Shown: piece after piece, positions 36,995 to 46,861 of the stretch
How the letters are laid out: every line of letters starts with the position of its first letter
Position numbering within the stretch: position 1 is the first letter of the stretch
Assembly: GCA_030018315.1 (NCBI GenBank)
Contig: JASEGA010000003.1
Span: 7,246-71,245 of the forward strand
Length of the DNA stretch: 64,000 nt
Reading direction: 5' to 3'
Source of the DNA: a bacterium
GTDB lineage: Bacteria; Hydrothermota; UBA3073; JACQXS01; JAGMCI01
Translations under genes and position numbers: made by a program
The notes under the pieces: generated by a model
Told to the model about the DNA's origin: nothing
Seen by the model: the letters and a program-made list of their open reading frames with translations, nothing else
Database searches by the model: none

Positions 36995-38605
36995 TTATTG
37001 AATTGCATCCATAACCTCTTTTAACAACCCAATGTTTAGCTCAGTTTGACTCTCAAACCTGCCTTTATATGCTTCTTCAACCTTACCTAATTCGTAACAA
37101 GTAGTGTTATCTATATCAATCAATATTCCACCTAACCCTATATCCTCAAGTTCTTCTCTATGCTTTGCATAAAATGGCTCACAACAGCACCCAATATAAG
37201 AGGTGATACCGTCTCTTTTATACCTTTTAAGGGTTGACATTAGATGCTCAAAACTTACTATTGTTGTGACCATCATAGACCGCTCTCTCCCAATCCTATA
37301 TGCCTCACCAACACTACATTTGCCACACTCAGTGCAGAAATCTTTATATCTAAACTTGCAAACTTTCAGTTTTGCACAATATGGAAGAAGTAGGGGCAAT
37401 TCATGAATTGCCCCTACATGCTGAAGAATAATTTTAGAGAATGTCCCATTAACAGTGAATACTCTATTCCCCAATGGAAGCGGGATACCAAATTTTACGA
37501 GTTCAATTTTTTCCAATGCCTCATTAATTGCGGAGATAAAATCAGACGGCTTGATTCCAGGTATCTTGGGTAGGGACACGCCATGGCGTGTCCCTTTGAA
37601 AAATTGATTGATTTTATTTTGGACAGTTATTTTATCTGCCCTTATATCTTTGAGAATAGCTTCCAAGTCAAATATTGCCCTCTTTGGATACGCAAAGAAA
37701 TCGCCTGTTATGAGTGCACTCTCTATCTGATTACGCTTCGTATTAACTACAAGTGAAGTCCTAATCAATCCACCTTCTGCTTTATAAACTGAATGTGCAA
37801 CTTGGCGAGTATACGCTGGCTCTTTAACTTTATTAATCCATTTATTTGACTTAAATTTATTTAGTTTTTGGTAAAACAGCAACTCTTCATCTTTTGTCAA
37901 CCCACCCTTAATCAATTCAATCCCAAATTCTTTTTCAAACCCCTGTTTTAGTATTTGTTTTATAGGGGACTGTCCCCGAATGGAGACTGTCCCCGAATGG
38001 GGACACCCAAGTTCCCATTTTAGACAAGTAACTCGTTCTTTAACAGAGTCAATCTCTTTATCTTTGAGCTTTTCTATAGGAATACGAAGTGCTCTAAGCA
38101 TTGTATTAACATCAAAGTCTACAAGGAGCGTACCTTGAAATAAAAATGCCTCTCCTTCTTCTGTGCCACCTGTGCCAGAAATCTTTCTACCATTGACTTC
38201 AATATCATTTCTAGGCCGAAATTTTGCATTTATCCCTAATCTCTTGAGCGCATAAATAACAGGTTGACATAAATCCTTAAAGAAAGATTCGTTTACAATA
38301 CTGGTTTTAAAAAATGACTTCTCACAGATAATCTCCCAGCCAAGCTGTGACTCATCAAAATAAATTGCACCACCACCTGTAATTCTTCTGTTCACATCTA
38401 TACCATTTTTATTGCAGAAGTCAAGTCTAACCTCTTGTTCTACGGTCTGATGATAACCAACTAATACTGCAGGTGGATAAAATTGTAAGAACCTAACAGT
38501 ATTTGGAGAAAGCTTTTTACTTTTAGTCTCAAGCAATGTCTCATCCATTGCCATATTTTCAGCCGCTGTCCTCACCCCTGTATCAAGTAACCGCCACTTA
38601 CTCAT
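36995..38605 (-). CDS. Lipoate-protein ligase A-like protein with Cys-rich C-terminal extension, carrying elements C and D in-frame
   Basis: The N-terminus matches LplA (RRITGGGAIYFDESQLGWEII...). Extra C-terminal CxxC pairs. Element C at 37570-37595 (KGTRHGVSL). Element D triple copy at 37965-38006. Confidence 0.7.
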   Translation of the reverse strand: MSKWRLLDTGVRTAAENMAMDETLLETKSKKLSPNTVRFLQFYPPAVLVGYHQTVEQEVRLDFCNKNGIDVNRRITGGGAIYFDESQLGWEIICEKSFFKTSIVNESFFKDLCQPVIYALKRLGINAKFRPRNDIEVNGRKISGTGGTEEGEAFLFQGTLLVDFDVNTMLRALRIPIEKLKDKEIDSVKERVTCLKWELGCPHSGTVSIRGQSPIKQILKQGFEKEFGIELIKGGLTKDEELLFYQKLNKFKSNKWINKVKEPAYTRQVAHSVYKAEGGLIRTSLVVNTKRNQIESALITGDFFAYPKRAIFDLEAILKDIRADKITVQNKINQFFKGTRHGVSLPKIPGIKPSDFISAINEALEKIELVKFGIPLPLGNRVFTVNGTFSKIILQHVGAIHELPLLLPYCAKLKVCKFRYKDFCTECGKCSVGEAYRIGRERSMMVTTIVSFEHLMSTLKRYKRDGITSYIGCCCEPFYAKHREELEDIGLGGILIDIDNTTCYELGKVEEAYKGRFESQTELNIGLLKEVMDAIQ

Positions 38606-38663
38606 TTCTAAAATGTCATTGCGAGCGACCCTGAACTTGTTTCAGGGGAAGCAATCTCATTTT

Positions 38664-39584
38664 TTATTGAAAAAGCCCAGTTGATAAATACCGCTCTCCA
38701 GTATCAGGTAAAATCACTACTATTAGCTTACCTTTGTTTGCATCTCTTTTTGCAACTTGTAGTGCTCCCCAAACTGCAGTACCTGATGAGATTCCTACGA
38801 GCAAGCCTTCATCCTTTGCTAACTTTCGTGTCATATTCATTGCCTCTTCATTTGTTACTTGTATTATCTCGTCAATGATATCAGTGTTTAAAACAGCTGG
38901 CACAAACCCTGCCCTTATTCCCTGGATTTTATGAGGACAGAGCTGTCCACCAGATAGGACAGGAGAGTCCTTTGGCTCAACAGCTATTGCTTTAAATTCA
39001 GGTTTTCTATTTTTAATCACTTCAGCAACCCCGGTAATAGTGCCACCAGTCCCTACACCAGCAACCAAAATATCTACTTTACCATCTGTATCTCTCAAAA
39101 TCTCCTCTGCAGTCGTCTTTCTGTGTATTTCTGGGTTAGCTGGATTCTTAAACTGTTGTGGGATGAAGTATTTTGGGTCAGAGAAAGCAAGTTCATCTGC
39201 CTTCTCAACTGCACCTTTCATTCCTCTCTCTCCTGGTGTTAAAATAAGGTCTGCCCCAAATGCCTTGAGTAAAGCCCTTCATTCAACACTCATTGTATCA
39301 GGCATTGTAAGACATAACTTATAGCCTTTAACAGCGCACACAAATGCTAATGCTATACCTGTATTACCACTTGTAGGCTCAAGAATAACAGTATCTTCTT
39401 TTATAAGGCCAGCTTTTTCGGCTGCCTCAATCATTGCTACACCTATTCTATCCTTTACTGATGACAACGGATTAAAAGACTCTAACTTTGCTACCGCTTT
39501 CGCTTTTACCCCTTTAGTTATTTTATTCAACATCACCAAAGGAGTATTGCCAACTAACTCAGTCACATCCTTAGCAATCTTCAT
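38664..39584 (-). pseudogene. Cysteine synthase (cysK-like) interrupted by an in-frame TGA at 39280-39282
   Basis: The two ORFs (39279-39584 and 38664-39221) are collinear in one frame. They read ...[23 protein letters not shown], and Arg is expected at the stop position. Confidence 0.7.
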
Positions 39585-39602
39585 TTCATTCTAATTAAAA
39601 CT

Positions 39603-41120
39603 TTACAAACTAATATTTAATTTTAATTTAAAGCCCTCAAATGGTGTAAGGTAATGGCAGACACCAGCAGAACAAACATAGCCACCCTTCTCTTTACCAT
39701 ACCAGCTATCAAAAGATACTTTATCAAGCTCAGCTCTTATTCCTATTCCATACCATTCTATACCAGGTGATTCTTCAATTACTTCTTTAGAGCGGCGTGT
39801 ATAATTTGAATACACTGTTAAAATGTCAAAGACTGGAATTCCTACAGTTAACCCAATATCAAAGAAAGGTATAGTATCCCTAAATGTTACACCTTCTATT
39901 TTTTTCATAGAAAAAGTAGCTTCAATATTTTTAAAATTGCTATAAAGTTCAGTGTCTAACTCTCTACGTTTATTAAAATGTGGGGCAACGTCACCACTTA
40001 ATGATAAAAATTTTAACGACCCATTAAAGTTTCTAAAATCAGCCCCTAAATAATATTCAAGTATTTTCTTATCTTTCTCAATTTCAGTAGTGTCTTTAGT
40101 ATCTATCTCTGAATATGAGCCCTCAAACACAACTTCTCCTATTGCCTTATTAACATTAAGCTGAAAACCAATCTCATCCCGTCCATTATTTATTGAGTAG
40201 CCACTCCTATTAAGAATAGGCATCAAGTTATATCTGTATGCCATATCACCTATCCCTAATTTATTATAATTTATGAACTGAATATTTATACCATATGGGT
40301 ATATATCTAAACTTGAATACACTCCACTACCACTTTGGGGCTCAAAATCTATCCTATCCCAGCCACTTTTTTTAGCCAATTCCAAGTAAAAGGAAAACCA
40401 ATCCTGTGAATTAAATTCAAAATCTGTCCCCCACAAGTTTGTATATAAAGTATCACCAGTCTTAAGTCGCATTCCTCTACCAGATATTAAAAATACCTCT
40501 CTCAATAATAAATTGGTTGAAACATTGACCCCAAATATAGCATCAGAAGTGTCGTTTAAAATCTTATAGTTCTTCTGTAATCTATCAATTTCATAAGGAG
40601 TCCCATAAATTTCTGATAATTTAATCCATGGTAGTTTTGTCTCAATCTTTATACCCTCAATGTAACGCTCTCTACCCATTGCTTTAATAGGTTCCATACC
40701 AAGAATAAGCCCGTGACCTAAACTACAATAAAAATCACCTATATCCACAGAAATTAAGCGGCTATCAAACCCAACATCTTTCCATACTATAGCTAATCTA
40801 CTTGTATCTTTAATATGAAATTTTTTGTCCCAATAAGTGTTATATAAGAGCCCTATTTCGCCCCTTAAATTATAGCCAGCTACTCCTATACCTGTCTGCC
40901 GACAGGCAAGATAAGTCTCAGCTTCAGTAATAGCACTGGTATCTACTTTTCCACTTATTTGCTCATACCAAGCCCCATACCAAGTATCAAGTGTCTTCCT
41001 AACTGTAACCTCAAAAGCTGAACTAAATGCTGGAATCATTGAAATTAACAGAAAAAAATTAATCCAAGCCTTCCGGCTTTTCAATAACTGACTGTATCTC
41101 TTTATAAAGTAATTCTTCAT
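39603..41120 (-). CDS. Hypothetical secreted protein (signal peptide; start probably MKNYFIKR...)
   Basis: Long ORF with N-terminal n/h/c signal-peptide regions. No family recognised. Confidence 0.4.
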   Translation of the reverse strand: MKNYFIKRYSQLLKSRKAWINFFLLISMIPAFSSAFEVTVRKTLDTWYGAWYEQISGKVDTSAITEAETYLACRQTGIGVAGYNLRGEIGLLYNTYWDKKFHIKDTSRLAIVWKDVGFDSRLISVDIGDFYCSLGHGLILGMEPIKAMGRERYIEGIKIETKLPWIKLSEIYGTPYEIDRLQKNYKILNDTSDAIFGVNVSTNLLLREVFLISGRGMRLKTGDTLYTNLWGTDFEFNSQDWFSFYLELAKKSGWDRIDFEPQSGSGVYSSLDIYPYGINIQFINYNKLGIGDMAYRYNLMPILNRSGYSINNGRDEIGFQLNVNKAIGEVVFEGSYSEIDTKDTTEIEKDKKILEYYLGADFRNFNGSLKFLSLSGDVAPHFNKRRELDTELYSNFKNIEATFSMKKIEGVTFRDTIPFFDIGLTVGIPVFDILTVYSNYTRRSKEVIEESPGIEWYGIGIRAELDKVSFDSWYGKEKGGYVCSAGVCHYLTPFEGFKLKLNISL

Positions 41121-41553
41121 CTCCCTTTCTAAACCCGATACAATGATACAAAATTTCTCTATTTTTACCAATAATAAAAGTACACGGTATTACTTGCACT
41201 TGAAAAAGTTTTGCCACTTTTTGGTCATCATCATAAAGGATTAAGAAATCCCATCCACGCGATTTAACCATTAGAGGGACATTCCTCCTGGTACGAGTTT
41301 CATCTATATTAATACCAACAAAAGTTACATCTTGAGGTGATACCTCTTTGTTTAACTTCTTAAAAGTATCAAGCTCCCTTATACACGGCTTACACCAGGT
41401 AGCCCAAAATTCAATAACTACCAGTCCTCTATTAACAAGTGAGTCAAGCACTACCTCGTTTTTATCTAAGTCATTGAGAGTAAAATTAGGGGCAACTCGA
41501 GTCCCGACAAGTTGGGACTCTGGAGCAAGTATTAATAATAAAAAAATTATAAT
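41059..41553 (-). CDS. TlpA-like periplasmic thioredoxin (WCxxC) with no canonical start codon
   Basis: WATWCKPC active site. The frame is open upstream through a signal-peptide-like IIIFLLLILAP. Only ATT/ATA codons lie behind an AGGAG SD. Confidence 0.6.
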   Translation of the reverse strand: MIIFLLLILAPESQLVGTRVAPNFTLNDLDKNEVVLDSLVNRGLVVIEFWATWCKPCIRELDTFKKLNKEVSPQDVTFVGINIDETRTRRNVPLMVKSRGWDFLILYDDDQKVAKLFQVQVIPCTFIIGKNREILYHCIGFRKGDEELLYKEIQSVIEKPEGLD

Positions 41554-41642
41554 ATGACTCCTATCTCAAATGTTAAGTTTTATGTGTTTTGTTGTTCTCC
41601 TCCTGAATGAAGTGAAGAATCGCATTCTGAGTTTTCCTTCTT

Positions 41643-41668
41643 GTCATTCTGAGCGAAGCGAAGAATCT
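41643..41668. repeat. GTCATTCTGAGCGAAGCGAAGAATCT element, one of 3 copies in this intergenic region
   Basis: Forward copies at 41604-41631 and 41643-41668. Reverse copy at 41682-41700. Confidence 0.65.
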
Positions 41669-41713
41669 ACTTTTGGAGGGGCTTCACTATGCTCAGCATG
41701 ATATTTTGAGGTA

Positions 41714-42757
41714 TCATCTCATCACAATCATCTTCTTTATTATACTTCTGTCACCTACTATAAGCTGACAAAAGTATACACCTGATTCAACAAATTTGCC
41801 AGTCCCATCTTTACAATCCCAAGTCACAGTAGTTGAGTTTGTTGAGCTCATTGAGTTTATTGAGTTAACTAATCTACCGGTAATGTCATAAATTCTAAGC
41901 AAGTAATTTGAGTCTTCAGCTAAATGCAAAATGCTAAATACTATATGCGTCTCCTTGCTGAATGGATTAGGATAGATTTCAAGTCCACAGGATTCTACGA
42001 ATTTTGAGTTTTGAGCTTTGAGGTTTGAGTTCTCTTCTATACCCAAATCCATGATATGCGATTTAGCTCCTTGATATATTTCTTTAGAACCAGCCTGAAC
42101 AAATACAACAATGTCACAGTTGTCAGCATCCCAGCCCGGATTTACTGTAAAATTCCTCGATTTATCAATTGATTCGCCTGCCTCTATTGAGATTGCCTCA
42201 CCACTTGCGTTTGGTATCATATCTCTTACAACATCAAACAAGCTATCCTCATTTTGCCAATGATATTGGATATTAGTCTCAGTAAGCACAAATTGTAGTG
42301 TCCCACTTACCTGATTTTCACTTGTATTAGTGATGTGCGCATCAACTGTACCTTGCATTGTTGCCTGATTGTAGGAGCCACTGAGTGCAATTAAGAGCGG
42401 TGATGGTATGGTTTTGCGGGTATTGAACGCATTCCGATACTGGTTATAGTTGCCTGAACCTCCACCTACATAATTGAGAACGCCATCAAACCACATGTGA
42501 GGAATACTGGAGATATTGTAATAATTTGCTCTTGCCGAAGTCTCACTTGTTGAAAACGGATCATTAAGGTGATACTCCATCACAGCCATAGAGTCGCCTA
42601 CTTCCTTTGATAACCTATGAATTGCCCTTGCTGAATAAGGACAACATCCACACCAAGTCGCAGTGAACCCTTCTGCTACTACCACTCTTTGCTCACCTCT
42701 CACATTTATAGTAAAACACAAAAAGATTGCCATCAATAAAATTTTGCCAACTTTCAT
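41714..42757 (-). CDS. Secreted protein with T9SS C-terminal sorting domain and in-frame hexamer repeats
   Basis: Signal peptide. CTD ...YDITGRLV...TWDCKDGTGKFVESGVYFCQL. TTTGAG-type repeats at 42006-42040 and 41815-41875. Confidence 0.65.
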   Translation of the reverse strand: MKVGKILLMAIFLCFTINVRGEQRVVVAEGFTATWCGCCPYSARAIHRLSKEVGDSMAVMEYHLNDPFSTSETSARANYYNISSIPHMWFDGVLNYVGGGSGNYNQYRNAFNTRKTIPSPLLIALSGSYNQATMQGTVDAHITNTSENQVSGTLQFVLTETNIQYHWQNEDSLFDVVRDMIPNASGEAISIEAGESIDKSRNFTVNPGWDADNCDIVVFVQAGSKEIYQGAKSHIMDLGIEENSNLKAQNSKFVESCGLEIYPNPFSKETHIVFSILHLAEDSNYLLRIYDITGRLVNSINSMSSTNSTTVTWDCKDGTGKFVESGVYFCQLIVGDRSIIKKMIVMR

Positions 42758-42853
42758 CTCTCCTTCCTAGTTAAAATGCTTACCATATCAGCATTACCTA
42801 CCTCCCCTCAGTCTCTATTCACCCTCATAAGCCCCACCTCCTTATCATCTTAA

Positions 42854-43948
42854 TCATCTTATCCAACCCCCTCCAATCACTGTATCATTGGTATAAAATA
42901 CAGCTAATTGACCCGGTGTTATAGCTCTTTGTGGGGTTTTGAATTTTACCAAGATTTCGTTTCCTTTATTTTGGATTATTTTAGCTTCTGCTGGCTTATG
43001 ATTATATCTTATTTTTACATAAACATCCATCTCTTTGAAGTGATACCTCTTATCAAGCTTTCTAACACTTATCCAATTCAAGTCTGTAGCAACCAAGTGA
43101 CTTGAATATAAATCAGCTTCATCTCCCACAGTAACTGTATTTGATTTAGAGTCTATCCGTGTAACATAAAACGGCTTATCACTCGGCTTCCTAATTCCTC
43201 TACGCTGTCCAATTGTATAGCCTATAATCCCATTGTGTTTACCTATAACTTTACCAGTTTTGTCAATGATAGCACCTTCCTTTAATCCCGACTTCACGGG
43301 AAAAGAAACTCTATTGCATATAAACTTAGCGTAGTCATTATCCGGAATAAAGCAAACTTCTTGTGATTCATTCTTTTCTGCTACTTTAAGTTGTAGTTGA
43401 GCAGCCATTTTTCTTACTTCCTCTTTTGTATAATTACCAAGAGGAAATAATGCCTTGCTTAAACTCTCTTGTGACAGCATAGCAAGAAAATACGATTGCT
43501 CTTTACTCTTGTCTTCACCTTTCTTCAAAATATACCTTTCAATTCTTGAATCCCATTCTACTTTTGCATAGTGGCCTGTAGCTATGAAATCTGCTCCAAT
43601 AGATTTTGCCTTCCCAAGAAGTAATCCAAACTTAATCTTCTGGTTACATACAACACAAGGATTAGGTGTCCGTCCATTTAGGTATTCATTTACAAAGTAG
43701 TCGACTACTTCTTTTTTAAAAGCCTCCTTCATATTTATCACATAATGTGGTATACCCAGTTGGGCTGCTATCCTTTTAGCATCATACACATCTTCAACTG
43801 AACAGCAGAGGTGCGACCTCAACCTTGAGCCACCATCATCCCACAGTTTCATAGTAAATCCGATAACTTCATAGCCCATCTGTTTCAAGATAGCAGCAGT
43901 AGTAGATGAATCTACTCCGCCACTCATTGCAACTACTACCCTTGGCAT
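42854..43948 (-). CDS. mnmA: tRNA-specific 2-thiouridylase MnmA
   Basis: AMSGGVDSS PP-loop and conserved catalytic cysteines. Element E inside at 43807-43820. Confidence 0.9.
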   Translation of the reverse strand: MPRVVVAMSGGVDSSTTAAILKQMGYEVIGFTMKLWDDGGSRLRSHLCCSVEDVYDAKRIAAQLGIPHYVINMKEAFKKEVVDYFVNEYLNGRTPNPCVVCNQKIKFGLLLGKAKSIGADFIATGHYAKVEWDSRIERYILKKGEDKSKEQSYFLAMLSQESLSKALFPLGNYTKEEVRKMAAQLQLKVAEKNESQEVCFIPDNDYAKFICNRVSFPVKSGLKEGAIIDKTGKVIGKHNGIIGYTIGQRRGIRKPSDKPFYVTRIDSKSNTVTVGDEADLYSSHLVATDLNWISVRKLDKRYHFKEMDVYVKIRYNHKPAEAKIIQNKGNEILVKFKTPQRAITPGQLAVFYTNDTVIGGGWIR

Positions 43949-43974
43949 AATTTTAGACTAAATCGTAAAGAGAC

Positions 43975-44196
43975 CTATACTGACTCCACTCTCTTTACCT
44001 CTGGTATCTTCTCTTTAAGCTTTGTCTCAACAACCTTAGTGAGAGTCAGCTGAGCCATAGGACAACCACCACATGCTCCTGTAAGCCTTACTTCCACTAT
44101 TCCATCCTTTACCTCAATAAGCTCAATGCTCCCACCATCCATGGCAAGCATTGGTTTTATATCCTCATTTAGCACCTTTTCTATCTTTTCTCGCAT
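43975..44196 (-). CDS. NifU-like C-terminal domain protein (Nfu-type Fe-S carrier)
   Basis: GACGGCP motif. Confidence 0.75.
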   Translation of the reverse strand: MREKIEKVLNEDIKPMLAMDGGSIELIEVKDGIVEVRLTGACGGCPMAQLTLTKVVETKLKEKIPEVKRVESV

Positions 44197-44257
44197 CTTT
44201 TCCTCCCGACCGCCTCTTTTTTAAATTATAGAAAAATATACCCTAACCCCAAAGCCA

Positions 44258-44584
44258 TTAAGAAATAACTAATAAGTAAATGCATAGAATTTTAAGCCCG
44301 AATTCCTTCCTTAAAGCCAGAATAGTTGCATAGCTTGTGACAGGGCCTGCAATAAGTAATACCATGCCTGCCCCTATATTCATTCCTTGTGAAACAAATG
44401 CATGAACTAATGGAACACTTCCAGTGGAGCACATATACATAATAAGTCCAAATATAAGTGCAAATAAATAGCCAATACCGCCGGGTAGCCAATGTTTGAT
44501 AAAATACACAACCGGTGTAATTGTGGATATAAGGGCAGCCAGTAGAATTCCTATGATTAATTCGAGCCCAATTTCTTTTGGCAT
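44258..44584 (-). CDS. Permease, C-terminal half of a split DUF318/YraQ-type transporter
   Basis: Polytopic membrane protein. Sits 1 nt downstream of its partner half. Confidence 0.5.
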   Translation of the reverse strand: MPKEIGLELIIGILLAALISTITPVVYFIKHWLPGGIGYLFALIFGLIMYMCSTGSVPLVHAFVSQGMNIGAGMVLLIAGPVTSYATILALRKEFGLKILCIYLLVIS

Positions 44585-44585
44585 A

Positions 44586-45158
44586 TCAATATTTTACTGG
44601 CTCTTTTATAAATGTAGCTTTACAGTGTGGAGAACAAAAATAGTAGCTTTTGCCATTGTACTCTGTAGTTGTAGCAGTAGCCTCTACTATATTCATTCTG
44701 CAAACTGGGTCATTCACTAACCCTTCTTTAAAAGCTGTTCTTTCTGGATTAATATTTAGAAAGTTGCCAATTGTGCCAATAACTATTCCAAGAAGAATGA
44801 CCGAGAAGAAAAGAAAACCTGTAAACCTTATACCAAGAAGACTATAGGTTACGAGTAACGCTGTTATTGAAGTAGCTGGTGTTGCTACTAAAAATGCAAG
44901 AACTGGCCCAAGTTTTGCCCCCCTTTTATATAAACCTAGTCCTATGGGAAGAGTACCTATACAACAGAGAGGGAGTAAAGTACCAACAAAAGTTGAGTAA
45001 AGAATTGGAACTATCCCACCACTACCCAAATATTTTTTTATCTGACCAATAGGGACAAACTCATGTATCAACCCACTAAGAAAGAACCCGATTACTAAAG
45101 CAGGCAGTACTTCAATAATATACTGCTTAAGAACAAGTAAAAATTGAATTCCTATCAC
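44586..45158 (-). CDS. Permease half with C-terminal YHS/TRASH metal-binding domain
   Basis: TM core plus DPVCRMNI...YYFCSPHCK. Confidence 0.55.
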   Translation of the reverse strand: MIGIQFLLVLKQYIIEVLPALVIGFFLSGLIHEFVPIGQIKKYLGSGGIVPILYSTFVGTLLPLCCIGTLPIGLGLYKRGAKLGPVLAFLVATPATSITALLVTYSLLGIRFTGFLFFSVILLGIVIGTIGNFLNINPERTAFKEGLVNDPVCRMNIVEATATTTEYNGKSYYFCSPHCKATFIKEPVKY

Positions 45159-45291
45159 TTTTTACCTATTTTCCTTCAATACTTTAGCTAGTACTTTGCT
45201 TTTTAGATAATCTTCAATTGTTGATTTCTCACTCTACCATTCATTGCACAAACTACCCTCATAGTAAAATCAAATATCAAAATTTAATTTT

Positions 45292-45684
45292 CTATTTTGC
45301 ACTTCGCATTTTGCATTTCTTCTGGTAATCTTCAATTGCTGACTTAACACCATCCTCTGCTAATACTGAGCAATGGACCTTCTCTTTAGGTAAGCCACCC
45401 AAAGCTTCTGCTATTCTCTCATTAGTTATTTTTAGCGCCTCCTCAACAGTTTTACCTTTTATCATTTCAGTCAAAATGGATGATGAAGCCACTGCTGCTG
45501 CACACCCAAAAGTCTGAAATTTAGCATCCTCAATCCTGTCATCTTTCACTTTTATATAAAGCTCCATTATATCACCACAAACTGGTGATGTAACCTTACC
45601 TACACCATCAGGGTTTTCTATCACACCCACATTTCTTGGATTCCTGAAGTGTTCTAAAACTTTCTTAGTATATTCAAAAGCCAT
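45292..45684 (-). CDS. iscU: Fe-S cluster assembly scaffold IscU/NifU-N
   Basis: Conserved Cys triad context (SPVCGD, FGCAAA, HCSVLAEDG). Confidence 0.85.
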   Translation of the reverse strand: MAFEYTKKVLEHFRNPRNVGVIENPDGVGKVTSPVCGDIMELYIKVKDDRIEDAKFQTFGCAAAVASSSILTEMIKGKTVEEALKITNERIAEALGGLPKEKVHCSVLAEDGVKSAIEDYQKKCKMRSAK

Positions 45685-45687
45685 AAA

Positions 45688-46614
45688 TTAAATATATTCT
45701 AACATCCTATCAAGTGATATCTTTGCTTTCTCTCTTATTGGCTTAGGTATTTCCACCTTATACCTCTCCTCTTTCAGTGCAAGATATACATCAAAAAGTG
45801 TAATAAACTTCATACTGCGACACATACGAGCAGGTCCTGCTGTATAAAATGTTTTACTCGGGTTCTCTTTCTTTAACCTATAAAGGATACCTTCTTCAGT
45901 CCCTACTATAATCTTATTAGCACCAGAATTCTTCGCAAACTTAACCATCCCATTAGTACTTAATACCTCATCTGCTAAATCAATAACTTGTCTCCTACAC
46001 TCTGGGTGGACAATAAGCTTTGCATCCGGATGCCACTCTTTTGCCTCTTTAACAAACATAGGTTCTATCAGCTCATGCACATAACAAAAGCCATTCCATG
46101 GTATAATCTCTTTATCTGTAAACCTTTGTACCCAGCTTGCAAGATTCCTATCAGGGACAAATATTATCTTTTTTGCATTAACATTTTTAACCACATTAAC
46201 TGCATTAGCAGATGTACAACAAACATCAGTCTCTGCCTTCACATCTGCATTTGTGTTTACATACGAGACTACTATAGCATCTGGGTGCTCTGCTTTAAGT
46301 TCCTTTAGTTCAGCTACTCCTACCATATCAGCCATAGGACAGCTGACATCACTTCTCGGAATTAAGACAGTCTTCTCCGGTGCAAGTATTTTAGCACTCT
46401 CAGCCATAAATTTGACACCACAAAAGACGATAATTTTACACTTTACACTTGCCGCCTGTCTTGACAGATCAAGTGAGTCCCCTATGTAATCAGCAATCTC
46501 CTGTATCTCGGCTCGCTGATAATTGTGGACAAGTAAAACAGCATCATTTTTTTCTTTTAACTTTATTATTTCACTTTTTATGTCCATCTTGTATAATCTA
46601 CCCTCGCCGTTCAT
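45688..46614 (-). CDS. nadA: Quinolinate synthase
   Basis: NadA three-domain pattern. Conserved cysteines and HNYQ...EIQEIADYIGDSL N-terminus. Confidence 0.85.
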   Translation of the reverse strand: MNGEGRLYKMDIKSEIIKLKEKNDAVLLVHNYQRAEIQEIADYIGDSLDLSRQAASVKCKIIVFCGVKFMAESAKILAPEKTVLIPRSDVSCPMADMVGVAELKELKAEHPDAIVVSYVNTNADVKAETDVCCTSANAVNVVKNVNAKKIIFVPDRNLASWVQRFTDKEIIPWNGFCYVHELIEPMFVKEAKEWHPDAKLIVHPECRRQVIDLADEVLSTNGMVKFAKNSGANKIIVGTEEGILYRLKKENPSKTFYTAGPARMCRSMKFITLFDVYLALKEERYKVEIPKPIREKAKISLDRMLEYI

Positions 46615-46632
46615 CGTGGAAAAGCGAGTGTT

Positions 46633-46692
46633 TTATTCTTGCTTGTCTTTTTTGTTGGGCTTAAAGAAGTCGCAATCCCTGCAAGTAGCCAT
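46633..46692 (-). CDS. Possible 19-aa Cys-containing leader peptide (MATCRDCDFFKPNKKDKQE) upstream of nadA
   Basis: Near-consensus SD GGAGGTG 7 nt before the ATG. Stop lies 18 nt before the nadA start. Confidence 0.3.
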   Translation of the reverse strand: MATCRDCDFFKPNKKDKQE

Positions 46693-46861
46693 AATTAATC
46701 ACCTCCTTTCCTTAGCTCCAGATTGCACAGATTTTTAACCACGAATATACACGAATACACACTAAATTCATAAGACTATTCTTTCCTTTATTTATGTCCA
46801 TTCGTGGTTTCATCATTTATCCGTGAAATCTGTGGCTTCATTTCTAAACATATCCTTTATA

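Noticed and set aside
45209-45345. 27-nt stretch TAATCTTCAATTG(T/C)TGA(T/C)TT present inside the iscU 3' end and again in the downstream spacer
   Set aside because: Probably a small local duplication remnant. Too short and isolated to call an element.
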